Of a stretch of 64,000 bases of DNA, positions 1-7,217 are shown piece by piece. The notes beneath the pieces were generated by a model. That model worked only from the letters and a program-made list of their open reading frames with translations. It was not told the origin of the DNA and did not search any database. This DNA is from Spirochaetia bacterium (lineage in GTDB: Bacteria; Spirochaetota; Spirochaetia; SZUA-6; Bin103), in the NCBI GenBank assembly GCA_965203055.1, contig OZ241863.1, positions 4,257,813 to 4,321,812 of the forward strand, given 5' to 3'. The translations under genes were made by a program, and so were the position numbers. The number at the start of each line of letters is the position of its first letter. The stretch's first letter is position 1.

Positions 1-106
1 TCCCGCGGACGAATGCCATTGCCCCGCCTGTCTATCGAGATCGATCCGAAGAACCTGACACTCGCTGGCTCGACGCAGGCGCCCTCTGCTGGATTGTCGC
101 TCGGTT

Positions 107-169
107 CTCATCCTGATTGTCGCGCTACAGGTACTCCTGCCGCCAGTTCGCGCGTCACTACCGTGCCTG
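107..169 (+). repeat. Upstream element, copy 1 (second copy at 2893..2966)
   Basis: The 40-nt core at 130..169 (GGTACTCCTGCCGCCAGTTCGCGCGTCACTACCGTGCCTG) matches 2927..2966 at 37/40 positions, with weaker similarity extending 5'. Both copies lie 50-70 nt upstream of a start codon (239 and 3018). The sub-motif GCGTCACTGCC also occurs in the ~300-bp repeat family. Confidence 0.75.
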
Positions 170-179
170 AAGCGTGCGC

Positions 180-209
180 TTGACCGATGGCCGCGCGATC
201 AGATATGGT
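180..209 (+). promoter_or_regulatory. Sigma70-like promoter candidate for the ATPase gene
   Basis: TTGACC (180..185), an 18-nt spacer, then TATGGT (204..209), 30 nt upstream of the ATG at 239. The -10 hexamer is the same as in the repeat-borne promoters. Confidence 0.45.
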
Positions 210-238
210 CGGCCCCACTGGATGGAGGTCGGTGCTCG

Positions 239-1375
239 ATGATAAAGAAGATACGCATCGAAAATTACAAGTGCCTCGTCAATTTCGACCTGGAGCTTGA
301 CGAGTTGTCCCTCTTGCTCGGGCTGAACGGAGTTGGCAAGACCGCGGTGCTCGATGTCGTATTCGCACTGCGCCGCCTGCTCTCCGGCGACGCGCGGTTC
401 ACCGATGCGGACGTGTTCCCGACCCGGACTCTGACCGGCTGGCAGAGTCGTGATCTACAGGTGTTCGAGCTCCGGGTGCTGCTGGCGGCGGAGACGTTCA
501 CCTACCTGCTCGAAGTGGAACATCAGCGGGAGACCCGCTTGGCGCGGATCGGCCGCGAACGGCTGGACGTGGACGGAACGACGTTGTTCGAGTGCGTTCA
601 AAACCAAGTCCAGCTCTATGACGACGATCCGGACGACAGAGAGGTAAAGAAAGGACCAACTTTTACTACCGATTGGAGAGAATCGGCCCTGGCTCGCGTC
701 GTCCCTGTGTCCCATAATCAACGCCTTACCCGCTTCCTGGATTATATGAGGAACATACTCGTCTGCGACATCCAACCTCGGGGGATGAAGACCGAGGCGG
801 CAGCCGAGAGTCCGTTGCTGGACCGGGACGCCGGCAACTTCGCCGATTGGTTCCGGCACATGCTCCCGGAACATCCGGAGCTGATTTCCGATTTGAATAA
901 TGAGCTCACCGAGGTAATCGGGGGCGGGTTCAGCAGAATGTGGCTGAAGAAGGTGAGCGATGAGGTTCGTGCCCTGATGGTCGATCAGATAGGCGCCAAA
1001 TCCGGTGTCAAGTATGATTTGCGAATCGATGAGATGTCCGACGGCCAGCGCGCCCTGATGGTCTTGTACGGTCTGATCCACTTGACCCGAGGCCAGGGCT
1101 ACACGCTGCTGATCGATGAACCTGAGAACTACGTTGCTCTTCGGGAAATCCAGCCTTGGCTGATGAGCCTCGAGGACGCCTGCGGAGATACCCTGCCACA
1201 GGTAGTGATAGCCTCCCATCATCCTGAGCTGATCGACCACCTGGGAAGGGAGAACGGCATTCTTCTGCAACGCGGAACGTCGGACGAGATAACGGCGCGC
1301 CGACTCGATACCCGCGAAACCGAGGGCGGTGTGGAGCTCTCCGAGCTGTTCGCGCGAGGGTGGGAAGCTGAGTAG
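239..1375 (+). CDS. ABC-type AAA ATPase (AAA_15/AAA_21-like, OLD/AriA-type)
   Basis: 378-aa ORF with Walker A GLNGVGKT, signature-like SDGQRAL, Walker B TLLIDEPENY and H-loop-like IASHHPELI. Confidence 0.85.
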   Translation: MIKKIRIENYKCLVNFDLELDELSLLLGLNGVGKTAVLDVVFALRRLLSGDARFTDADVFPTRTLTGWQSRDLQVFELRVLLAAETFTYLLEVEHQRETRLARIGRERLDVDGTTLFECVQNQVQLYDDDPDDREVKKGPTFTTDWRESALARVVPVSHNQRLTRFLDYMRNILVCDIQPRGMKTEAAAESPLLDRDAGNFADWFRHMLPEHPELISDLNNELTEVIGGGFSRMWLKKVSDEVRALMVDQIGAKSGVKYDLRIDEMSDGQRALMVLYGLIHLTRGQGYTLLIDEPENYVALREIQPWLMSLEDACGDTLPQVVIASHHPELIDHLGRENGILLQRGTSDEITARRLDTRETEGGVELSELFARGWEAE

Positions 1376-1391
1376 AAGAAAGTCGCAAATA

Positions 1392-1922
1392 GTGCTGCTG
1401 TGTGAAGACAAGCAGCAATCGACGTTCGTCTACCGCTTCCTTATCGAGATGGGATGGAGAAAGGATCAGATTCGAATACGGTCCGCCAAACCAGGGAAGG
1501 GCTCTGCGGAAGAGTTTGTACGAAACCGTTTCCCCAAGGAGCTCAACGAACACCGGGCTCGCCCTAGTCTTTCGCGGGCTCTGATGGTGATGATGGACGG
1601 CGACAACCGCGGGATTAACGGCCGCATGGCTGAACTTGCCGGCGAGTGCACGAAAGCCGAAACGAGCCCCAGAACTCAGAAAGAACAGGATGTTCTCGTA
1701 TTCATACCCACTTGGCGCATCGAAACCTGGTTGGCCTATCTGGACGGCGAAGCAGTCGACGAAGCGAAGCGAGATTACCCTCGTTTGCGACGGCCGAGAG
1801 ATTGCGCTCGGCACGTGGACACTCTCGTCGAGATGTGTCGTGATAAGGCGCTTCGGAAGCCGGCGCCGGCGTCTCTGGCTGCCGCCTGCCACGAATACCG
1901 CCGCTGGCCCGATTCCGCTTGA
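1392..1922 (+). CDS. Small Toprim-like partner protein (DUF4276/RloB-like), hypothetical
   Basis: Lies in ORF frame 1329..1922, with a probable GTG start at 1392, 17 nt after the ATPase stop. VLLCEDKQQ (conserved Glu) and MVMMDGDNRG (DxD) resemble a Toprim metal site. The family name is from memory, not a search. Confidence 0.55.
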   Translation: MLLCEDKQQSTFVYRFLIEMGWRKDQIRIRSAKPGKGSAEEFVRNRFPKELNEHRARPSLSRALMVMMDGDNRGINGRMAELAGECTKAETSPRTQKEQDVLVFIPTWRIETWLAYLDGEAVDEAKRDYPRLRRPRDCARHVDTLVEMCRDKALRKPAPASLAAACHEYRRWPDSA

Positions 1923-2169
1923 ATCGCCCGATGCGGGCGTGACGGCCGGGAGACCAAGCTCGAAAGACGATCGGCGAAAGGCGACGGTAGGGTCCGAGGA
2001 ACAGCGCCCGCGCGGGCGCGCCGCGCGCGGCCTCCCGCTTCGTCGCAGGAGCATGGAGAGGAGCGAAGGCCGGCTTGAAGACCGCGCTCAGAGATCGAAT
2101 CGCGACCGAGCGTCACCGAGCGGGTAAAGGTAGGTGATCCATCAAGGGCGGATCGAAGGACGGCGGACC

Positions 2170-2499
2170 GAAGGATGAAACCGACGGTCTCCTCTACGTC
2201 TTCGCGACGACGCGGGATTGCGTCAAACCGTGCAGCTGCGCCTACTGTTTCCTCGCATCAGAGCGCAGTCAGGAGCCTTCCTCGTTTCGGCGCACGATGG
2301 TAGGTTCGATTTCGAGTGCAAGGATAAGAATAGCCGGTACCGAGCGGACAAATATGACGTGCCTTACAACTACTACCGATTGACGGTGAAGGCCGAATGC
2401 AAGGAATCGATTCTGAAAGAACTGGAGTCTCTGAACATCTCGAGGGAGACTCTGTTCCCGGGGCTGGAATCATCCGCCAAGGCGATCGTCGATGCCTAG
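2170..2499 (+). pseudogene. FRG-domain protein gene fragment (retains the C-terminal part)
   Basis: LYVFATTRDCVKP is encoded at ~2192 in one frame. After an apparent ~340-bp deletion, ORF 2218..2499 ends ...YYRLTVKAECKESILKELESLNISRETLFPGLESSAKAIVDA, a typical FRG-family C-terminus. It is paralogous to 3985..4490. Confidence 0.5.
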
Positions 2500-2502
2500 T
2501 AA

Positions 2503-2826
2503 GCTCGGTCCGGCAGGTGCTGCGGCGGATCATCGGCTTGCTGCCACTTGCCGCGCCGGCTGCTGAGCAGAGATGACCGCCCTGTTCGGCGGCCGCCTTC
2601 GCCAACGCGCGCCGCGTCACTGCCGATCACCTGCAGATGATGGCGCCGTGCCGTCGTATGAAGCAGGATCACCACGCACGATCCTCTCAGCGGGCGCCTC
2701 GCCTCGTTGCCCCCGCACGGCCGCCGCAACCTGAAGGGGCATGGCGCGCCATCGACCTGACCGTCCGGCCCTGAGTCTTGCCCGGCCGCGCGCGCCGCGG
2801 TATGGTGAATGAGGAGGCACGGACCC
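2503..2826 (+). repeat. ~300-bp promoter-bearing repeat, copy 1
   Basis: Aligns along its length with 4485..4802 and 6277..6570. Indels break every reading frame between copies. Confidence 0.9.
2778..2806 (+). promoter_or_regulatory. Repeat-borne sigma70-like promoter, copy 1
   Basis: TTGCCC (2778..2783), a 17-nt spacer, then TATGGT (2801..2806). The module is identical in all four repeat copies. Confidence 0.5.
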
Positions 2827-2892
2827 CTTGGCAGCGCAGCACGACGCGGCATGATGCGCGTCCAGCCGTTCATCAGCACCGACTGATCAAAG

Positions 2893-2966
2893 CATCCTGC
2901 CCTTCTCGCACAGGTCCCGCGGCGGCGGTACTCTTGCCGCCAGTTCGCGCGTCACTGCCTTGCCTG
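2893..2966 (+). repeat. Upstream element, copy 2 (see 107..169)
   Basis: 37/40 identity of the core to 130..169. It ends 52 nt upstream of the Uma2 ATG at 3018. Confidence 0.75.
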
Positions 2967-3017
2967 TCGCGCCGCCGCGCCGCGTGCTATGCTGCGCAGC
3001 GTCTGGAGGCGTGGTCG

Positions 3018-3710
3018 ATGGCAAGTTCACTCAGCGCTCCGCTGGCGGCGCCGGTAGCGGTAGAATACCCCAGTTCCGACGGCAAGCCGATGGCTGAAAG
3101 CGATTCCCAACGGATACCTCTGACGTACGCCGTCGACCGGCTCCGGTACCACTTCCGCAACCACGCCGACGTGTACGCCTCCGGCAACCTGCTGATCTAC
3201 TACGAGAAGGGGAGTCCGGGCGCGAGGGTGGCGCCGGACGTGTTCGTGGTGTTCGGTGTCCCCAATGTCGAGCGCTCGTCGTACCGGCTGTGGGAGGAGG
3301 GGAAGGGACCCGACTTCGTGCTGGAGATCACGTCGCGGGCGACGTGGCGGGAAGATCAGACCAAGAAGCGGGAGTTGTATCGGCGGCTGGGGGTACGGGA
3401 GTACTGGCAGTACGATCCGACGCGGGACTACCTGAAGCCGCCGCTGCAGGGGTTGGAGTTGGTGGGGGAAGATTACGAGCGGCTGCCAAGCCGGGATTTG
3501 GCGGACGGCACCCTGGCGCTGCGGAGCGAAGTGCTGGGATTGGAGTTGCGTCTGGCCGGCCGGCGGCTGCGGTTCCACGATCCGCAGACCGGAGAGGACC
3601 TGCCGGACTTGGCGGAGACCGAAGACCGACGCCGTGAGGCGGAGGCTCGCGCGGAGGCGGCCGAAGCGCGCTTGGCCGAACTCGAGGCTCTTCAGCGACA
3701 ATCAAGATGA
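3018..3710 (+). CDS. Uma2 family endonuclease (DUF820)
   Basis: ATG at 3018 inside ORF 2778..3710. Shows YPSSDGKPMAESDSQ, ...APDVFVVFGV, ...PDFVLEITSRATWREDQTKKRELYRRLGVREYWQYDP (PD-(D/E)xK core) and a coiled-coil tail. The N-terminal ORF extension lies in the repeat and was rejected. Confidence 0.85.
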   Translation: MASSLSAPLAAPVAVEYPSSDGKPMAESDSQRIPLTYAVDRLRYHFRNHADVYASGNLLIYYEKGSPGARVAPDVFVVFGVPNVERSSYRLWEEGKGPDFVLEITSRATWREDQTKKRELYRRLGVREYWQYDPTRDYLKPPLQGLELVGEDYERLPSRDLADGTLALRSEVLGLELRLAGRRLRFHDPQTGEDLPDLAETEDRRREAEARAEAAEARLAELEALQRQSR

Positions 3711-3984
3711 GAATCCACTGCGAACGTCGACCGAACGCCACCGAGCGGGTGACGGTCAAGTGATCCATCAAGAGGGCCGCCCCGGAGTACGGTCACGATC
3801 ACCCCTCCGTAACCCCGCAGGCGGCATAGCTCACGCCACCCCGCATCGCCCAAGACAAGCCGCCATACGCCCCGGCCGATTTTAGTGTCCCGCAAGAGCG
3901 CAGGGAGGCATACATGAAGAAGCCGGAGTACCCGCGGGCGTGGCAGAGAGCCACTACCGCCGCCGAATGTCACACGCTTGAATC

Positions 3985-4490
3985 GCCCTCGATGTGGTCG
4001 GCCAGAAGGACGGCGAGATGTTTGACGTCGGCTTGTTCTTCGCTTGTAACGATTCGAAGCACGATTCGAAGAACGGTTGCCTCTACGTGTTCGCGACGAC
4101 GCGCGATCGCGTCAAACCCTACGACAGCGACGCCGTGAGCATCGTCGCCAACTTCGCTCGACTCCGTAGAAACGAACAAGAGGAGATTCTGACAGAAACG
4201 GAGCAGTTTCTGGACGAACGACGCGCCTTCGTCCGTTCTTCTCACGGCTACCGTATCATGCGCAGGAGCGATGTCAGAGGAGAAGTCGGTGTCTACTCCT
4301 GGCGCTGTCGTATGGATTCCCTGCGCCGGGAGATGGGCCGTCTCCATACCTTCATCAGGCAGGAAAAGCCATACTTCGTCGAGGGTCTGATCGATCCGAG
4401 AGACCTGTTCCGCATCTTCATCGTGCAGCCTCGCCGGCTGTTTCCTCGCCTCAGAGCGCCAATGCGCGCCGAAGAGAACGAGTGCGCTCG
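3985..4490 (+). pseudogene. FRG-domain protein gene fragment (retains the middle part)
   Basis: Encodes ...LDVVGQKDGEMFDVGLFFACND...CLYVFATTRDRVKPYDSDAVSIVANFARL..., then runs into the repeat without the FRG C-terminus. The N-terminus is missing. It shares flanks with 2170..2499. Confidence 0.45.
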
Positions 4491-4802
4491 GTCGGCAGGT
4501 GCTGCGGCTGATCGTCGGCCTAGTGCCACACCACCGCGCCGACTGCCGAGCAGAGCTGACCGCCTTGTTTCGGCGGCGGCCTTCGCCAACGCGCGCCGCG
4601 TCACTGCCGATCACCTGCATGGCGCCGTGCCGTCCGATGAAGCAGGACCACCACGCACGATCCTCTCAGCCGGCGCCTCGCCTCGTTGCCCCCGCACGGC
4701 CGCCGCAACGTGAAGGGCCATCGCGCGCCATCGACCTGACCGGCCCTGAGTCTTGCCCGGTCGCGCGCGCCGCGGTATGGTGAGTGAGGAGGCACGGACC
4801 CC
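4485..4802 (+). repeat. ~300-bp promoter-bearing repeat, copy 2
   Basis: Aligns with copies 1 and 4. It ends with the promoter module, GAGGAGG, and the ATG of the next gene. Confidence 0.9.
4753..4781 (+). promoter_or_regulatory. Repeat-borne sigma70-like promoter, copy 2
   Basis: TTGCCC, a 17-nt spacer, then TATGGT. The SD GAGGAGG is at 4786..4792 and the ATG at 4803. Confidence 0.55.
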
Positions 4803-5228
4803 ATGGCGCTCACCGATACTGACCTGCAAGTCGTGGTCGAGCATGTCAAGCGCATGCTGCCGGCCATGCTGATCGAGACCGCACCCCTCAGCCATCTTCA
4901 GGGTGACGCATCCGCAACAGCGCCCGGCAACTACGCCGAGGAGCACTTGGCGCGGTTCGAAGAACGCACGGCGCAGGAGTTCAAGGCCCTCCGCGAGTTG
5001 ATGCAAGCGGGCTTCGCGGCGGTGGACAAGCGTTTCGAGGACATGAACAAGCGTTTCGAGGACATGAACAAACGCTTCGAGGAGATGAACGCCAACATCG
5101 ACAAGCGCTTCGCGGCGGTGGACAAACGCTTCGAGGACATGAACAAACGCTTCACCGCGATCCAGTGGATGGGCACCGTGGCGTTCGTGGTCCTCGGCGT
5201 CATCATCTCGGTCGTCGGGCTCTCGTGA
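4803..5228 (+). CDS. Tail-anchored coiled-coil protein with NKRFEDM heptad repeats (P141)
   Basis: Strong SD and ATG. Has a ~75-aa N-terminal domain, then DKRFEDMNKRFEDMNKRFEEMNANIDKRFAAVDKRFEDMNKRF, then a C-terminal TM segment WMGTVAFVVLGVIISVVGLS. It is a paralogue of 6571..7092. Confidence 0.8.
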   Translation: MALTDTDLQVVVEHVKRMLPAMLIETAPLSHLQGDASATAPGNYAEEHLARFEERTAQEFKALRELMQAGFAAVDKRFEDMNKRFEDMNKRFEEMNANIDKRFAAVDKRFEDMNKRFTAIQWMGTVAFVVLGVIISVVGLS

Positions 5229-5497
5229 CCAGCACCTGAGCAGAGCTGACCGCCCTGTTTCGACGGCCGCGCCCGCCAACGCGCGCCGTGTCACTGCCGA
5301 TCACCTGCGGATCATGGCGCCGTGCCGTCAGACGAAGCAGGACCATCACAAGCACGATCCTCTCGGCCGGCGCCTCGCCTCGTTGCCCCCGCACGGCCGC
5401 CGCAACGTGAAGGGCCATCGCGCGCCATCGACCTGACCGACCGGCGACCGGCCGGCGCTTGAGCCTTGCCCGGTCGCGCGCGCCGCGGTATGGTGGC
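5225..5497 (+). repeat. ~300-bp promoter-bearing repeat, copy 3 (5'-truncated)
   Basis: Starts within the stop codon region of P141 (TGACCAGCACCTGAGCAGAGCTGACCGCC) and aligns with the 3' ~270 nt of the other copies. Confidence 0.85.
5466..5494 (+). promoter_or_regulatory. Repeat-borne sigma70-like promoter, copy 3
   Basis: TTGCCC (5466..5471), a 17-nt spacer, then TATGGT (5489..5494). Confidence 0.5.
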
Positions 5498-5655
5498 CGA
5501 GGCGCGGATAACCCATGGGCGGATCGGCCACCACCCTGCGGGTGTACGTCTGTTTCCAAGGCGATAGCCTGAAGGCTGGTCTCGTCACCGGGCATCGGCA
5601 GAGAGACGGTTGAACCGGCACCACCCAATACCAGCCGGCAACCGGGGGGCACACC

Positions 5656-6138
5656 ATGGCGGTAATCGACTGGGTAGCGGTAGGAACCCCCATAGTGGCG
5701 ATGGTGGGAATGTTCGGCATGATGCTGAAGGTCCTCGGTTCGCTGAACAAGAGGTTCGACGACATGAACAAGAGGTTCGACGACATGAACAATAGATTCG
5801 ACGACATAAACAGGAGATTCGACGACCTGAAGGACTCTCTGAACAAGAGGATCGATGATCTGGCCACCGGCTTGAACAAGAGGATCGACGATCTGGCCGC
5901 CAGCTTGAACAAGAGGATCGACGATCTGGCCGCCGAGGTGAAAGACATGCACCAAGAGGTCCGTTCGATAGACAAGCGGATGGTTCATCTTGAAGGAAGG
6001 ATGGACAGTCTGGAAGGGCGTCAGAGCAGGGAGCCGGGAGCGATGAGGCCGGTGCCGGTATCTGGTGTGGAGAGACCACTCACCCCACCGCCCCCTTGGC
6101 AGCAGGAGGAAGCGGAGACAGGCGCAGCAGCCCGGTAG
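5656..6138 (+). CDS. N-terminally anchored coiled-coil protein with NKRFDDM / NKRIDDL repeats (P160)
   Basis: N-terminal TM segment VAVGTPIVAMVGMFGMMLKVL, followed by NKRFDDMNKRFDDMNNRFDDINRRFDDL and three 11-residue units (xxxLNKRIDDL). It uses AGG/AGA Arg codons, unlike P141 and P173. Confidence 0.75.
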   Translation: MAVIDWVAVGTPIVAMVGMFGMMLKVLGSLNKRFDDMNKRFDDMNNRFDDINRRFDDLKDSLNKRIDDLATGLNKRIDDLAASLNKRIDDLAAEVKDMHQEVRSIDKRMVHLEGRMDSLEGRQSREPGAMRPVPVSGVERPLTPPPPWQQEEAETGAAAR

Positions 6139-6276
6139 TATCGCCTGCTGCTGGCGCACGTGGCGGAGCGCATGAACCGCAAGAAACGGGAAAGCACAAT
6201 TGCCCTGCCATCTCGCCGAACGGAACAAGAAAATCGGATCTACTGACGACTCCATGAAGTGACGTATTCCCCGTAA

Positions 6277-6570
6277 GTGCTGCGGCCGATCATCGACTTG
6301 CTGCCACGGCACCTCGTCGAGCTGACCGCCCTGTCGGCGGCCGGCGTTCGCCAACGCGCACCGCGTTCCTGGCGATCACCTGCAGATCATGGCGCCGTGC
6401 GTCGGATGAAGCAGGACCACCACGCACGATCCTCTCGGCCGGCGCCTCGCCTCGTTGCGCCCGCACGGCCGCCGCAACCTGAAGGGCATGGCGCGCCATC
6501 GACCTGACCGGCCCTGAGTCTTGCCCGGTCGCGCGCGCCGCGGTATGGTGAGTGAGGAGGCACGGACCCC
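6277..6570 (+). repeat. ~300-bp promoter-bearing repeat, copy 4
   Basis: Aligns with copies 1 and 2. Its 3' end is identical to copy 2 through the SD and ATG. Confidence 0.9.
6521..6549 (+). promoter_or_regulatory. Repeat-borne sigma70-like promoter, copy 4
   Basis: TTGCCC (6521..6526), a 17-nt spacer, then TATGGT (6544..6549). GAGGAGG follows, then the ATG at 6571. Confidence 0.55.
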
Positions 6571-7092
6571 ATGGCGCTCACCGATACTGACCTGCAAGTC
6601 GTGGTCGAGCATGTCAAGCGCATGCTGCCGGCCATGCTGATCGAGACCGCACCCCGCAGCCATCTTCAGGGTGACGCATCCGCAACAGCGCCCGGCAACT
6701 ACGCCGAGGAGCACTTGGCGCGGTTCGAAGAACGCACGGCGCAGGAGTTCAAGGCCCTCCGCGAGTTGATGCAAGCGGGCTTCGCGGCGGTGGACAAGCG
6801 TTTCGAGGACATGAACAAGCGTTTCGAGGACATGAACAAACGCTTCGAGGACATGAACAAACGCTTCGAGGAGATGAACGCCAACATCGACAAGCGCTTC
6901 GCGGCGGTGGACAAACGCTTCGAGGACATGAACAAACGCTTCGAGGAGATGAACGCCAACATCGACAAGCGCTTCGCGGCGGTGAACAAACGCTTCGAGG
7001 ACATGAACAAACGCTTCACCGCGATCCAGTGGATGGGCACCGTGGCGTTCGTGGTCCTCGGCGTCATCATCTCGGTCGTCGGGCTCTCGTGA
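6571..7092 (+). CDS. Tail-anchored coiled-coil protein with expanded NKRFEDM repeats (P173)
   Basis: The N-terminal 75 aa are nearly identical to P141 (PLSH vs PRSH). The repeat block is 32 aa longer and the C-terminal TM segment is the same. Confidence 0.8.
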   Translation: MALTDTDLQVVVEHVKRMLPAMLIETAPRSHLQGDASATAPGNYAEEHLARFEERTAQEFKALRELMQAGFAAVDKRFEDMNKRFEDMNKRFEDMNKRFEEMNANIDKRFAAVDKRFEDMNKRFEEMNANIDKRFAAVNKRFEDMNKRFTAIQWMGTVAFVVLGVIISVVGLS

Positions 7093-7135
7093 CCAGCACC
7101 CGAGCAGAGCTGACCGCCCTGTTTCGACGGCCGCG
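7090..7135 (+). repeat. Stub of the ~300-bp repeat (copy 5)
   Basis: TGACCAGCACCCGAGCAGAGCTGACCGCCCTGTTTCGACGGCCGCGCC matches the start of copy 3, after which similarity stops. Confidence 0.8.
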
Positions 7136-7217
7136 CCTGTCCGCCGGGTGAACCCGCTCGCCGCGGGAACGGCGCATACTTGACGGCGGCGGCGGAGCGG
7201 TCCAATCTGAAGCAGGC

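Noticed and set aside
2778-3017. N-terminal 80-codon extension of the Uma2 ORF
   Set aside because: The extension starts at a TTG that is the -35 element of the repeat and reads through repeat sequence. Uma2 homology begins at the ATG at 3018.
4499-4783. Short ORFs inside the ~300-bp repeats on both strands (e.g. 4499-4783 +, 6277-6507 +, 4601-4867 -, 6387-6635 -)
   Set aside because: Indels between repeat copies shift the frame. The peptide similarity is only what nucleotide identity predicts. There is no start context.
4803-7092. Diversity-generating retroelement acting on P141/P173
   Set aside because: No reverse transcriptase or template repeat is present. The paralogues differ by whole repeat units, not by adenine-specific substitutions.
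2503-7135. CRISPR array or integron cassette array
   Set aside because: The repeats are ~300 bp rather than 25-40 bp. The intervening segments are 0.4-1.7 kb genes. No cas genes, intI or attC-type imperfect palindromes are present, and the repeats sit 5' of the genes and carry promoters.
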